In this document: one piece after another, positions 1 to 10,515 of the stretch
Numbering within the stretch: position 1 is the stretch's first letter
Layout: the number at the start of each line of letters is the position of its first letter
Source of the DNA: an uncultured Oscillospiraceae bacterium
Lineage (GTDB): Bacteria > Bacillota > Clostridia > Oscillospirales > Ruminococcaceae
Reading direction: 5' to 3'
DNA: 64,000 nt
Assembly (NCBI GenBank): GCA_910587465.1
Contig: CAJUMS010000006.1
Location: 1,822 to 65,821 of the forward strand
Notes under the pieces: generated by a model
What the model was told of the DNA's origin: nothing
What the model saw: the letters and a program-made list of their open reading frames with translations, nothing else
Databases searched by the model: none
Made by a program: the position numbers and the translations under genes

Positions 1-2028
1 AGTCTCCGCGTGAGCCAGAAGCTCCGTCGGGTCGTCCGAGAATGCCGCCGCAACGTCAAGGAAGATAGGCGGCTTGCCGTCTCCGCGCGCGGGGAATTCG
101 GTTTCGATACCGTTTACCGTGATCATTGGTCCGCTCGGTTCAGCGGTAGCACTTTGCACGGGAGCGGGAGGAACAGTAACAAGCTCGGGAACTTTTTCCT
201 CAACCATAACAGGCTCAACAACAGGCGGGTTTTCGTAAGTTATGATATCGCCGCTTTTCAGCATATCCTCGGGAGCGGGCGGCATACCGTTCAGCAGTAC
301 CTTTTCCTTTATACCGAGATATCCCAGAAGCTCGGAAATGCTTTCCGTCTGCACGAGCGCTATCTCGTCGCCCTCCCATATACGGCGGTCGGCGGTGACC
401 TCCCTGCCGTTTATCAGTATGTATTTACCTGCGCGCTGCTTGTTTCCGAAAAGCACGACGGTAAACGCGCGTATCGTATTCAGATCGAAGTAGTCCGACA
501 AATGCGCCGCCGCGTCCGCGCCGTTCTCGGCGGGGACTATCGTCACCACGTCGCCCTTTGTGACAACGGTGTTCATCGACGCGGGATCGCCGTTCACAAT
601 GACCTCCGACGGCTTTGCGTGACCGCCGCGCAGAGTGATCTTCTCTCCCGAAAGCGTGAACGAGAGCGGCTTTCCCGACCCCGCTATCATATCCTCGGGC
701 TTGATCTTCGCAAATCCCATAAGTTCGAAAACCGTAAGTCTGTTGGTATCAAGGGTATGCAGCTTTTTGCCGTTTACGGTGATTGTCGTGAAGTCGTAGG
801 ATACTCCCTCCCCCGCGCTGACAGCGATACCGAGCGGCGTTGAATGCTCCGCGTCAAGCGGCATTTCGTCCGGTGCGATTATGCCTCGCAACAGCTCGCG
901 TCTGCCTGTGATAACGCGCGTCGAATCTACCTTTAGTTCCTCGGCCACCAGCGGCGCGAGATTTTTCAGCTTACTGCCGCCGCCCACGAGGAAGATAGCT
1001 TGCGGAGGAACGGCGTTCGCGGTGATTATCTCCTCGGCAATGACCCTCGCAAGCTCATGCGCCGCGGGCGCGATTATCTGATCAATACGCTCGCGAGTGA
1101 CCTTATTTTCGCGCAGCAGTATATCCTTGAACGCGATCTCCTTGTCGTCGGAGGTTTTCAGCATCTCCGCGGTGTTGAAGTCGACCAGCAGCTCTCTCAT
1201 TATCGTTTCGGTGATCTCGTCGCCCGCGGTAGTCGCCATTCCGTAAGCCACCACACTGCCGTCGCGTGAGACCGCAACGTCGGACGTGCCCGCGCCGATA
1301 TCGCACAGCGCGATATTGATAAGCCGCAGCTCCTGCGGAATGACCGCGTTCATAGCCGCGATTGGTTCCAGCGTGATATTCGCGACCTCGAGGTTTGCGC
1401 CGTAGACCGCCGCGCAAAGGCTCTCCACCACATATGCGGGCAGAAATGCTGCGATTATCTCCGTCACCAGCTTTTCGCCGCGGTGACCCTCGGGCTTATT
1501 CACCTTAAAGCCGTCCAATGAGAGCGAGATGACGTTATGCCCGACGCAGTAGAAAGTTGCCGTGTCGTTGTCCTTTGAGAAGCTGTAACAGGTGCGGCGC
1601 ACCGCGTCAAGCTCCGTTGCTTTCAGAGCCTCGGCGGTGATGATCTTGTTTTCGGGGAGCTTATACTCCCACGCCGCGCGCATAGTCCTCAGCGCGCGTC
1701 CCGCCGCCGCCACGCACACGTCGCGGAGCTGAATACGGTTGCGAGCCTCAAGCGCCCGCTTTACCTTCTTGATATCGCCCGAAACAGCCTTGATATCCTC
1801 GATCTGTCCGTCCGCCATAGAACGCTTTTCGTGAACGACCGTTTCCATATCGAGTATCTTGCAGCCCTGCGGAGTTTTCCGCGCGAGTACGCCTACGACT
1901 GTCCGAGTTCCTATATCCAGCGCGAAGATAACGTCGCCCTGCACGTTTTTCTTAGGTGCTGAGCTCTCGGCTTTCTTAGTGCTCTTAGACTTGGTCGGCT
2001 TTCTCCCGACAGCTTTCTTCTCGTCCAT
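1..2028 (-). CDS. FtsA/PilM-like actin-fold ATPase, long clostridial type; runs off the left window edge
   Basis: Not in the ORF track. ATG at 2028; reads MDEKKAVG...VIFALDIGTRTVVGV...SMADGQIEDI...CVAAAGRALRT...TLEPIAAMNAVIP...NIALCDIGAGTSDVA. The frame matches at position 1 (...LLAHAET). Confidence 0.8.
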   Translation of the reverse strand, partial: MDEKKAVGRKPTKSKSTKKAESSAPKKNVQGDVIFALDIGTRTVVGVLARKTPQGCKILDMETVVHEKRSMADGQIEDIKAVSGDIKKVKRALEARNRIQLRDVCVAAAGRALRTMRAAWEYKLPENKIITAEALKATELDAVRRTCYSFSKDNDTATFYCVGHNVISLSLDGFKVNKPEGHRGEKLVTEIIAAFLPAYVVESLCAAVYGANLEVANITLEPIAAMNAVIPQELRLINIALCDIGAGTSDVAVSRDGSVVAYGMATTAGDEITETIMRELLVDFNTAEMLKTSDDKEIAFKDILLRENKVTRERIDQIIAPAAHELARVIAEEIITANAVPPQAIFLVGGGSKLKNLAPLVAEELKVDSTRVITGRRELLRGIIAPDEMPLDAEHSTPLGIAVSAGEGVSYDFTTITVNGKKLHTLDTNRLTVFELMGFAKIKPEDMIAGSGKPLSFTLSGEKITLRGGHAKPSEVIVNGDPASMNTVVTKGDVVTIVPAENGADAAAHLSDYFDLNTIRAFTVVLFGNKQRAGKYILINGREVTADRRIWEGDEIALVQTESISELLGYLGIKEKVLLNGMPPAPEDMLKSGDIITYENPPVVEPVMVEEKVPELVTVPPAPVQSATAEPSGPMITVNGIETEFPARGDGKPPIFLDVAAAFSDDPTELLAHAET

Positions 2029-2062
2029 ATTCTACCCTCGTATCTTTGTATTATCGCAAAAA

Positions 2063-2854
2063 TTACTTTTCGTAGCCGATTTTAAGAGTATTCCCGTCAA
2101 CGGCGACGCCCTTGCTGAGCGTGATCGGGAGTTTCTGCTCCTCGGTAAAGCCTATCGTTTCGCCGTCGCGGAGCGTTGCGCCAGTTTCGAGGACATAGGA
2201 TGCTATCGTCAGCATGAACTCGCGCAGCTCGTTAAAGTCCGCCTTATCCGCTTCAATATAGACCTCCATTTCCTCCTTGCCCATACGTCGCATACCGTAT
2301 GTATACACGCCCGACTGCTTTCCATCGCTGAATATCCCGAGCCATACAAGGTTGAGTACGGGAACGTGACCATCGCTCATCAGACCGGCAAAATCGAGAT
2401 ACATCTTCGGCGGGAACACCGCGCCCTCGTTGTAGAACGCAACGGCGGTCTCCTGCTTCATGATCGCACATACTGCCTTTACAAACAGCTTGCCCTTTTC
2501 AATGAGATCGTCCTCTTTTCCGAGGATAGCGATTATTGCATGCGCCTTATGAGAAGCCGCGACCTCTACCGCGTCCTGCCACATATAATTTCCCTTAGCC
2601 CAGTACTCCGCCTCGCCGTCGGGAACGGGCGCGGGCATAAGTCCCACCACCACTCTGTACCCGTTAACGTCTGCATAGATTACGTCGTCCTCGGGTTCGG
2701 GATCGTCCGGAACGTCAATATCCCAGTCAGCCTTCAGATCGGCAAAAAACTTTTCCTTGTCAAGTCTGGGCTCGGATAACAGCGCAAATCCCGCGAAGTT
2801 TCCGATGTCTCTCTTTTCCCCTTTCGACGCATTGTTTTTCTTAAATAATCCCAT
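2063..2854 (-). CDS. DUF4261-like protein
   Basis: 263 aa; YTYGM..GKEEME and YVL..G..LRDGETIG motifs. Confidence 0.7.
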   Translation of the reverse strand: MGLFKKNNASKGEKRDIGNFAGFALLSEPRLDKEKFFADLKADWDIDVPDDPEPEDDVIYADVNGYRVVVGLMPAPVPDGEAEYWAKGNYMWQDAVEVAASHKAHAIIAILGKEDDLIEKGKLFVKAVCAIMKQETAVAFYNEGAVFPPKMYLDFAGLMSDGHVPVLNLVWLGIFSDGKQSGVYTYGMRRMGKEEMEVYIEADKADFNELREFMLTIASYVLETGATLRDGETIGFTEEQKLPITLSKGVAVDGNTLKIGYEK

Positions 2855-2864
2855 ATTTTTCTCC

Positions 2865-3557
2865 TTATTTACAGTATTTTTTCAATCCGTTCAAATCCGT
2901 GACCGTATAGTCCTGCCCGAATTCCGCTCCCCTGCCCCGCCTGTCGATAAGCACTCCCTTGCAGCCAAAACGGTGTGCGCATTCGATATCCTTCCGCTCG
3001 TCGCCGATATATATCATCTCGTCCGTCGCAATCTCAAAATGCTCCGCGATATCGTTCAGCCCTTTCGGATTTGGCTTTCTCCAACCGCACGAGATTGACG
3101 AAACATACAAATCAAAATACGGCATAAGTTCGGGGAAGTAACTCTTATGCAGCTTGTCGGGCATTGCCGTAGCTACATCCGTAAGCGCCGCGATTCTATA
3201 CCCCGCCGCCTTCAACTCATTCAGAATGGGCAGCGTGTCGGGATAAATATACGCCGTTAGATGAAACGCCGCGAAAAACTCCCCGATGACCCGTTCAAGG
3301 TCATACTCAAAATCCCAATCCGCGCAAGCCGCCCCGAAAATATGTTCGGGCGAGTAGTCCGCTTCGCGGTAGTTCATCTTCGGGTTGAACGAGCGCAGCA
3401 CCTCAAGAGTGCGTATCTTCCGTTCGCTTGTCAGAGGCAAGTGCAGCTTTTTCGCCGCCGTATCGAGCGCGTTTTCGTAATAATCCAGCCAGCAGAACGG
3501 CATATCCTTGTATTCCATAAGAGTTCCGCCGATATCAAAGCCTATAACCTTTATCAT
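2865..3557 (-). CDS. HAD-family hydrolase
   Basis: FDIGGTL motif I (variant), RKPNP, YIGD..KDI. Confidence 0.8.
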   Translation of the reverse strand: MIKVIGFDIGGTLMEYKDMPFCWLDYYENALDTAAKKLHLPLTSERKIRTLEVLRSFNPKMNYREADYSPEHIFGAACADWDFEYDLERVIGEFFAAFHLTAYIYPDTLPILNELKAAGYRIAALTDVATAMPDKLHKSYFPELMPYFDLYVSSISCGWRKPNPKGLNDIAEHFEIATDEMIYIGDERKDIECAHRFGCKGVLIDRRGRGAEFGQDYTVTDLNGLKKYCK

Positions 3558-3560
3558 AGC

Positions 3561-4232
3561 TCAGTCCTTTATTTTAAGCGCCTTACGCAGCTCCTTTTCC
3601 GCCGAATTCATCATCACCACAAGCGCCACGTCGCCGCTTTGGAGCGTAGTCTGACCGGACGGGATAACTGTTTTTGTACCGCGCGTAATACAAGCGATAA
3701 GACACCCCGCGGGAAGATTGAGGTCCATAAGCTTCTTGCCCTCCAGCGCGTAGTTTTTCGGCACGGTGAGCTCCATAAGCGACGCGTCCTCGCCGTCGAG
3801 CTGTAACAGCTTTTTCATTGCGCTGAGGTCGACCTCAAACTCGAGCGTCTGAATAATATTGTCGGTCGCCGAGATGACGATATCCACGCCCAGCTCTTTT
3901 AGTGCGTCCGCGTTCTTGGGATTGTTGACCTTTGCGATAGTCTTTTTCACGCCGAATTTATATTTTGCTATCTGGCAGCACACGAGATTGCTCTCGTCCT
4001 GCCCCATGACCGCTATAACGCAGTCCACCTTATCCGCCCCGCAAGCCTCGAGCGCTTCCACGGTAGTGCCGTTTCCGCAGCTCACCTCCGCATCGAGATT
4101 GTTTGCGCAGTAACGGCTCTGTTCTCTGTCCTGTTCGATTATCGCAACGGAATACCCGCGTTCGGGCAGCGATTTAGCAAGATAAAACCCGACCTTGCCG
4201 CCGCCGACAATTATTGCTTTCAAGAGCTGCAC
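3561..4232 (-). CDS. trkA: TrkA/KtrA-family K+ uptake regulatory subunit (RCK_N + RCK_C)
   Basis: GGGKVG Rossmann motif; C-terminal RG..IPSGQT.L..GD. Confidence 0.85.
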   Translation of the reverse strand: MQLLKAIIVGGGKVGFYLAKSLPERGYSVAIIEQDREQSRYCANNLDAEVSCGNGTTVEALEACGADKVDCVIAVMGQDESNLVCCQIAKYKFGVKKTIAKVNNPKNADALKELGVDIVISATDNIIQTLEFEVDLSAMKKLLQLDGEDASLMELTVPKNYALEGKKLMDLNLPAGCLIACITRGTKTVIPSGQTTLQSGDVALVVMMNSAEKELRKALKIKD

Positions 4233-4238
4233 CCCCTG

Positions 4239-4859
4239 TTATGCCTTTTTGGCGAATATCAGCTTATCCCCTTCAATAAAGTTGATAGGCTGACCGCGAT
4301 ACAATATCAGCCCCGACCCTGCGCGGAGCACGCCGAACAGCATTTCCTCGCCCTCGTATTGAATATCGTCGGGTATCGCGCCGATAAACTCTTCGGGAAT
4401 GTCTATCGTCGAAAAATGCACGGTATGGTTCTCGAAATTAAGCTCGTCGATCACTCCGTCGTCATCCTCGACAGCCGCGCAAGCCGCGCTTACCGTGAGT
4501 TTAGTCGGACAAATGACGTTGACCCCGAGCTGCTCAAAAACCTTTCCCTTTTCGATATCCGTTATTCTTGCGAATATCTTCGGCACCTTGAACGTCTGTC
4601 TTGCCAGCTGCGACACCATGATATTCATATCGTCCTGAGCCGTGACCGCGAACAGCGCGTCGCAGGTCTGTATTCCCGCGCGCTTCAGCACGTCCTGATC
4701 TATCGGCACACCCGTTGTGGTAAACCCGCCGAATTTCGGCGACAGCGAGTCAAATTTCGCCCCGTTCTTGTCAATGACCGAAACGTCGTGACCTCTTTCG
4801 TCAAGCGTTTCCGCCAACGCCGATCCGACCATTCCGCAGCCAATAATTAAAACGTTCAT
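4239..4859 (-). CDS. trkA: TrkA-family K+ uptake protein (second paralogue)
   Basis: GCGMVG motif, L..AGI..CD...A.T.DD..N. Confidence 0.8.
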   Translation of the reverse strand: MNVLIIGCGMVGSALAETLDERGHDVSVIDKNGAKFDSLSPKFGGFTTTGVPIDQDVLKRAGIQTCDALFAVTAQDDMNIMVSQLARQTFKVPKIFARITDIEKGKVFEQLGVNVICPTKLTVSAACAAVEDDDGVIDELNFENHTVHFSTIDIPEEFIGAIPDDIQYEGEEMLFGVLRAGSGLILYRGQPINFIEGDKLIFAKKA

Positions 4860-4877
4860 AAGCTGTATCTCCCGTAA

Positions 4878-6257
4878 TTACTTTCCCACACAGAACCTCT
4901 TAAAGACCTCCGCGATGACCTCCTCGCTCGCCTTTCTGCCCGACAGCTCGTACACCGCGTCAAGCGCCTGTTCGAGGTCGACGCCCACCGCGTCGGGAGT
5001 TATCCCCGCGAGCGTTCCCGAAAGCGCATTATCCACGGCAGCGGCGGCGCGTATTACGCAGGCTCTCTGCCGCTCGTTCGCGAGAAATCCCGAATTCGCG
5101 TTCAGACTGTCCAGATCGAGCCGAGAGGCGATCTCCCTGCCGAGAACATCCGCGCAGCCTTCGTCCTTAGCCGAGACGGTCACAGCTTTTCCGAGACGGC
5201 TTTCCAGCTCCTCGATTTCAATCACGTTCTCAAGATCGTTCTTGTTGACGACGGGTATCACGACCTTATCCTTCAGAAGCCCGAATAGCCGCCAATCCTC
5301 GTCGGAGAGCCGCCGTGAGCCGTCAAAGACCGCCAGCACGATATCCGCGTTTCGGAGCTTTTCAAGCATTATCTGCACGCCGATCTTCTCCACCTCGTCC
5401 TCGGTTTCGCGAATTCCGGCGCAGTCCGCTATCAGCAGCACCGCGCCGCATAAATTGACCGTCTCCTCGACGATATCGCGCGTAGTTCCCTCAACGTCGC
5501 TTACAATGCTCCGCCGGCTTCCCGACAGCAAATTCATTATCGTCGATTTACCCACATTAGGTTTGCCGACGATTGCGCACGATATACCGTCGCGGATAAG
5601 CCGCCCCGTATCGTAGCCTGAAAGCAGCTCGTCAAACTCCGCCTTGACCGCTGTAAGCCGTTCCGTCAGCCACTTCTCGGTGACCACGGGCGTATCGTCC
5701 TCGGGATAATCTATCCAAGCGGATATCTGCGCCGAAACGTCCATTATCATTTCGGCGATCCTCTCCGCGCGGCGGTACAGAGCACCCTCGCGCTGACTGT
5801 TCGAGCAAGCCAGCAGCTGCTCTCCCTGCGCCGAGATTATATCCGCGACCGCCTCCGCCTGCGTCAATGACATCTTGCCGTTCAGCAGCGCGCGCTTTGT
5901 AAATTCCCCTGCCGCCGCGGGTTCCGCGCCCGCCTTCAGACAAGCTGTGAGCACCCGCCGCGTGACGTAGATACCTCCGTGACAGGATATCTCGCAGACG
6001 TCCTCGCCCGTGTATGAATGCGGCGCTTTGAACACCAGCAGAACTCCGTCGTCAAGGCGCTCCTCTCCGTCACATATCTTTCCGTATGCGGCGGTATAAC
6101 CGCGCATTTCGGCAACTTTTTTTCCCGAGACGGGCTTAAATACCGTCTCCGCGACGGCAAACGCGTTTTCTCCCGATATCCTCACCACCGATATCCCTCC
6201 GACAGCCGCGGGAGTGGCGATAGCGCACACGGTAGCTCCAATCGATCCAATAGCCAT
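4878..6257 (-). CDS. mnmE: tRNA modification GTPase MnmE
   Basis: AIATP, SYTGEDVCEISCHGG, GKPNVGKS, GTTRD, NKND, C-terminal FCVGK. Confidence 0.97.
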   Translation of the reverse strand: MAIGSIGATVCAIATPAAVGGISVVRISGENAFAVAETVFKPVSGKKVAEMRGYTAAYGKICDGEERLDDGVLLVFKAPHSYTGEDVCEISCHGGIYVTRRVLTACLKAGAEPAAAGEFTKRALLNGKMSLTQAEAVADIISAQGEQLLACSNSQREGALYRRAERIAEMIMDVSAQISAWIDYPEDDTPVVTEKWLTERLTAVKAEFDELLSGYDTGRLIRDGISCAIVGKPNVGKSTIMNLLSGSRRSIVSDVEGTTRDIVEETVNLCGAVLLIADCAGIRETEDEVEKIGVQIMLEKLRNADIVLAVFDGSRRLSDEDWRLFGLLKDKVVIPVVNKNDLENVIEIEELESRLGKAVTVSAKDEGCADVLGREIASRLDLDSLNANSGFLANERQRACVIRAAAAVDNALSGTLAGITPDAVGVDLEQALDAVYELSGRKASEEVIAEVFKRFCVGK

Positions 6258-6259
6258 AA

Positions 6260-8542
6260 TTACTTTTTCTTTCCAAACAGCTTCCCGAAAAATCCTTTTT
6301 TCTCGGGTTCTTCCTCGTTATTTTCTACGGGACTGTCCGACAGTTTTTCCGCCTCTTCCTCGTAGTCGTCGAACATTCCCATCAGAATGGGCTTAGCCTT
6401 GAATTCCTCGCCCATATCGTTCAGCAGATACGTATACGTCCGAGTAGGCATATCAATGGCATAGTCGGCAAGACTTGCGCACTCAAGCACGTCCTCCAGC
6501 TTCTCGGTCATTCGTTCGGGAATTGAAGCCGCGGCGCTCTCGTAATATTCCTCACACGCGATGTTGTATTCCTCCGCGGGATTTCTGCCCGCAACCTGCG
6601 TCAAATGGATACCCTCGCGCAGATAAGCCGTGTAGTCCAGATAGTCGCTGTGGAACTCATTCAGCAACGCCGCAAGCACCCTGTTTTGCAGTCTCTGCAA
6701 TTCGTCCTCGGGAAACCTCTCCAGTGCCTTTTGATACAAGTCAACCGCGTTCTTCTGCCACATTTCCGAGTTATAGCTGCCGTCGAGCAGCGAGCTTCTC
6801 CTCGCAAAGGTCGTATTGCGGTGCTTTTCGCCTATCATGGTATACTTCATTAAGTTGACGCGCTCATCGAACGTATCACCCTCGGAGATACGCTGAACGC
6901 GCTCCGCCTCTTTCAGAAGCGTTTTATCGGTAAGCGCACCTTCGATCTTCGCGGAGGGATAATGCCGCCCTGCAAGCTTTTTCAGCTCGTTCTTCTGCAT
7001 AATGCCGTCGTCGAGCGACGCGAAAAATCTGCTCTCGCCGACGTCGCCCTGCCGCCCCGCACGACCGCGCAGCTGCTTGGTGATACGCGAGCTCTCGCGC
7101 ATCGAAGTCGCTAATACTAACAAACCGCCGACCCCGACCACAAAATCCTTGTCTGCGCTATCAACGCCGCCGAGCTTTATATCAACGCCGCGCCCGGCCA
7201 TATTCGTAGAGATCGTGACCGCGCCGCGTTCGCCCGCTTTCGCGATAATTGCCGCCTCCTCCGCGTTGTTTTTCGCGTTGAGAACCCTGCATTCGATACC
7301 GAGCTTCCTTAAGTCCTCGGCAATGCTCTCGCTTTCCTCAATGCTCTCGCTGCCCACAAGCACGGGACGTTGAATATCCGCCGCGTCCTTTATTGCTGTG
7401 ATAATAGCCTTGCGCTTTTCGGTCTCGTCATAGTATAATTCGAGCGGCTTATCAATTCTCGCGCAGGGCAGCCTTGTCGGGATAACGTCGGTGAGTATGC
7501 CGTAAATTTTCTCAAATTCCTCGCGCGCCGCCTCGGCGGTGCCCGTCATACCCGAAATCTTCGGATACAGCCGTGCAAAGTACTGTAACGCGATATTGCC
7601 CATAATTCGTCCGCGCGAAGTGATCTTTAGACCGTGCTTAGCCTCGACCGCCGCCTGTAATTCTCCCGGGAACACGCGTCCCGGCGCGGATCTTCCCGTG
7701 AACTCGTCCACGATCAGTATATTTCCGTCCTTAACAATGTAGTCCTTGTTTTCGGCAAGCTCCTCGCGCGCCTTCAGACACGCGCATATCTTCGCCAGCA
7801 GTTCCGCGCCGTCCGCGGCGTAGATGTTGCAGCCGAATATTTCCTCCGCTTTGTCCGCGCCGCTGTCGGTGAGATAAACATTCCGAGTATCCTCGTCGAC
7901 CGAAAAATCGTTCTCGCCGAGCGCCGAGACCTTATCGTAGACTGCTCTAACGTCGCCGTTTTCCTTTACGGCAACGTCGCCCGCAATAACCAACGGTATT
8001 CTCGCCTCGTCGATAAGAATACTGTCCGCCTCGTCAACTATCGCAAAATTCAATTTTTCGGGGAACACAGTCTCCTCCGTATCAAAGCAGACGAAATCGC
8101 GGAGATAATCAAACCCCGCCTCTTTCGCGGTAATGTACAGTACCTGCTTTTGATACAGCGCCTTTCGTTCCCTCCGAGGAGTGATCTCGGTAATACACCC
8201 CACAGTCACTCCAAGCTCGTCGTATATAGGGCGCATCCAGTTACAGTCACGGTCTGCGAGGTAATCGTTGAATGTGAGTATATGCACCCGACCGTTATTC
8301 AGCGCCTCATAGCACGCCGCAAACACCGCGCAGAGCGTTTTGCCCTCGCCCGTCTGCATCTGCACCATTCTGCCCTCCGACAGCGACAAAGCCGCCGAAA
8401 GCTGCTCGTCAAACGGAGTTATCCCAAGCGTTTTCTCCGCCGCGGAATAGCACCGCGCGAACACCTCTTCAATGGAATTGCCCATGCACTCGCCGCTTTT
8501 AGCAAGAGATTTTATTTTTGCGATAGTGGTTTTCTTATCCAA
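6260..8542 (-). CDS. Short SecA-family translocase ATPase (SecA2-like paralogue)
   Basis: MQTGEGKT, NDYLA.RD, IVDEADSILIDEAR.PL, GMTGTA, TNMAGRG.DI, QLRGRAGRQGD.G. Probable TTG start at 8542 after an AGGGG SD (track start 8575). Confidence 0.88.
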   Translation of the reverse strand: MDKKTTIAKIKSLAKSGECMGNSIEEVFARCYSAAEKTLGITPFDEQLSAALSLSEGRMVQMQTGEGKTLCAVFAACYEALNNGRVHILTFNDYLADRDCNWMRPIYDELGVTVGCITEITPRRERKALYQKQVLYITAKEAGFDYLRDFVCFDTEETVFPEKLNFAIVDEADSILIDEARIPLVIAGDVAVKENGDVRAVYDKVSALGENDFSVDEDTRNVYLTDSGADKAEEIFGCNIYAADGAELLAKICACLKAREELAENKDYIVKDGNILIVDEFTGRSAPGRVFPGELQAAVEAKHGLKITSRGRIMGNIALQYFARLYPKISGMTGTAEAAREEFEKIYGILTDVIPTRLPCARIDKPLELYYDETEKRKAIITAIKDAADIQRPVLVGSESIEESESIAEDLRKLGIECRVLNAKNNAEEAAIIAKAGERGAVTISTNMAGRGVDIKLGGVDSADKDFVVGVGGLLVLATSMRESSRITKQLRGRAGRQGDVGESRFFASLDDGIMQKNELKKLAGRHYPSAKIEGALTDKTLLKEAERVQRISEGDTFDERVNLMKYTMIGEKHRNTTFARRSSLLDGSYNSEMWQKNAVDLYQKALERFPEDELQRLQNRVLAALLNEFHSDYLDYTAYLREGIHLTQVAGRNPAEEYNIACEEYYESAAASIPERMTEKLEDVLECASLADYAIDMPTRTYTYLLNDMGEEFKAKPILMGMFDDYEEEAEKLSDSPVENNEEEPEKKGFFGKLFGKKK

Positions 8543-8652
8543 TATTTGTCCCCTTTTGAAGTTTGTGTAGAACATCTTAATAAGCCGAAAGCCCGCGCGT
8601 CCTTTGGAACAGCGGAGCTTTCGGTTTGACCTTAACTTGCCGAATTATGCCT

Positions 8653-9162
8653 TTATGCTCGTGAAGTGATTGCGAGCAGCTCCGTACCGCGGTTATCGAG
8701 CCAGCGCGCGACGGTGCGCGTGGTCTGTCCGCACCTCGCCATTTCGCACAGTCGCTCGAAGCTCACCCATTTAGCCGCGCATACCTCAATAGACTGCAAA
8801 CGCATAGCGCTGAGCGGCACATCCTTTACCAGAATATAGAAGTCACGCAGCATACTGTCGGTAGTCAGCGACCATTCGAGATCAAGCTCGTCCTCGTCCG
8901 CCCGTATACCCGTTTCCTCAAAAAGCTCGCGCACAGCCGCCTCACGGCTTGTTTCTCCCGAAACGGCACAGCCGCCCGAGCATTCCCATTTGCCTCCGCT
9001 GGTCTTTTCGGGAACGCGCTGTGTCAGCAGTATCTCGCCGTTGGTGTTGATAGTCATCACCTGCACGACGATATGATATTCGCCGTGCGGGATAGGCGCA
9101 CCCCTGAGTACCTTCCTTCCCAGCGGCTGCCTGTTGACGGAATAGAGATCGAAGAACTCCAT
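8653..9162 (-). CDS. NUDIX hydrolase
   Basis: Nudix box GG.AVSGETSREAAVRELFEETGI. Confidence 0.92.
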   Translation of the reverse strand: MEFFDLYSVNRQPLGRKVLRGAPIPHGEYHIVVQVMTINTNGEILLTQRVPEKTSGGKWECSGGCAVSGETSREAAVRELFEETGIRADEDELDLEWSLTTDSMLRDFYILVKDVPLSAMRLQSIEVCAAKWVSFERLCEMARCGQTTRTVARWLDNRGTELLAITSRA

Positions 9163-10349
9163 TATATGCTTTTCGCTCCGTTTTCGAGATTTTTGCGGAT
9201 AAGCTCGCAGCGCTGTTTTACGCAGTCAGCCGAGCGGTGCGGATCCTCGGGAGTATTGAAGGTGTAATCCATCAGCTTCTCGATCGTCGTGGAGGCAACG
9301 TGAAGTCTTGTGTCGGAGGACGCGTAGTAGATATACACATTATCGTCTTTGACGATACAGCCGTTCGTGAAGCATACATTGGAAACATCGCCCACTCTCT
9401 CGATGCCGTGCGGAGCTATAAACAGCCCCGACGGCGAAGCGATAAGCTTAGACGGGTCTTTAAGGTCTGTCGCGAACACGTAGATAACGTACCGCAGACC
9501 CGCCGCTGTATTTCTCACGCCGTGCGCGATGTGTATCCAGCCCTTTGGGGTTTTTATCGGCACAGCGCCCGCGCCGTTCTTCACCTCGGTGAGCGTGTGG
9601 TAAACTCTGGGAGAGATGACCTTCTCGTCGGTGCAGAGCACGGGATTTGTGATGTCCTCACAGAGCGCAAAACAAACGCCCCCGCCGCTGCCCGTCTGAA
9701 TAAAATCGTCCTGCGGACGTGTATAGAACGCGTACTTCCCGTCAACAAATTCCGGGTGCAGACAAACGTTTCTCTGCTGCGGCGACTTGGAGATAAGGTT
9801 CGGCAAACGCTCCCAAGTAACCAAATCCTTAGTGCGGACGATACCCGCCTGCGCCACGGCAGCCGAAAGGTCGTTGGACGTGGTATCCTTGCTCTCGGAG
9901 CAGAACACGCCGTATATCCAGCCGTCCTCATGCTGAGTAACGCGCATATCGTAGACGTTGGTCTCCTCGGGACAGGTATCGGGGAGCTGCACGGGATAAT
10001 CGCGGAAACGGAAGCCCTCGGTAGGCTTGTCGCTCTCAGCTACCGCGAAAAAGCTCTTTCTGTCCGAGCCCTCAACGCGAGCGATTAAACAGTACTTGCC
10101 GTTAAGATAGATAGCTCCCGAGTTCATTACCGCGTTCACACCCAGTCTCTCCTGAAGATTGGGATTGGTCGAGTAGTCAAGGTCATAGCGCCAGAGGATA
10201 GGCGCATGAGCCGCGGTGAGCACGGGGTTCTCGTAGCGGTCGTAAATACCGTTGTAAAAGTCCGTCTTGGGATTGGGCTTGTCAAGCAGCGCCTCCTGTT
10301 TCTTTACCAGCTCGGCGAGCTGCGCTTCAAATTGTTCTTTTGTAAACAT
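9162..10349 (-). CDS. GH130 4-O-beta-D-mannosyl-D-glucose phosphorylase-like
   Basis: [57 protein letters not shown] 10349 with SD. Confidence 0.88.
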   Translation of the reverse strand: MFTKEQFEAQLAELVKKQEALLDKPNPKTDFYNGIYDRYENPVLTAAHAPILWRYDLDYSTNPNLQERLGVNAVMNSGAIYLNGKYCLIARVEGSDRKSFFAVAESDKPTEGFRFRDYPVQLPDTCPEETNVYDMRVTQHEDGWIYGVFCSESKDTTSNDLSAAVAQAGIVRTKDLVTWERLPNLISKSPQQRNVCLHPEFVDGKYAFYTRPQDDFIQTGSGGGVCFALCEDITNPVLCTDEKVISPRVYHTLTEVKNGAGAVPIKTPKGWIHIAHGVRNTAAGLRYVIYVFATDLKDPSKLIASPSGLFIAPHGIERVGDVSNVCFTNGCIVKDDNVYIYYASSDTRLHVASTTIEKLMDYTFNTPEDPHRSADCVKQRCELIRKNLENGAKSI

Positions 10350-10515
10350 AAACAAAATCCTTTCAATTATAGAAAATAATACATCTATTCTATTATAACA
10401 TATCTTTATTGGAATTTCAAGGTTGACAGAGCATTTTTTATGAGTTATAATTAAAATATGAAGAAAATACCGTGAAATTTAAGTAATTAAAGCACGCAGC
10501 TTATAGGAGAACGTT

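Noticed and set aside
10..1417. ORFs 10..843, 1000..1269, 1103..1417 and similar track ORFs
   Set aside because: They are antisense or off-frame shadows of the FtsA-like gene. The same applies to most overlapping ORFs in the track, e.g. 1859..2779, 40773..41747 and 60919..61968.
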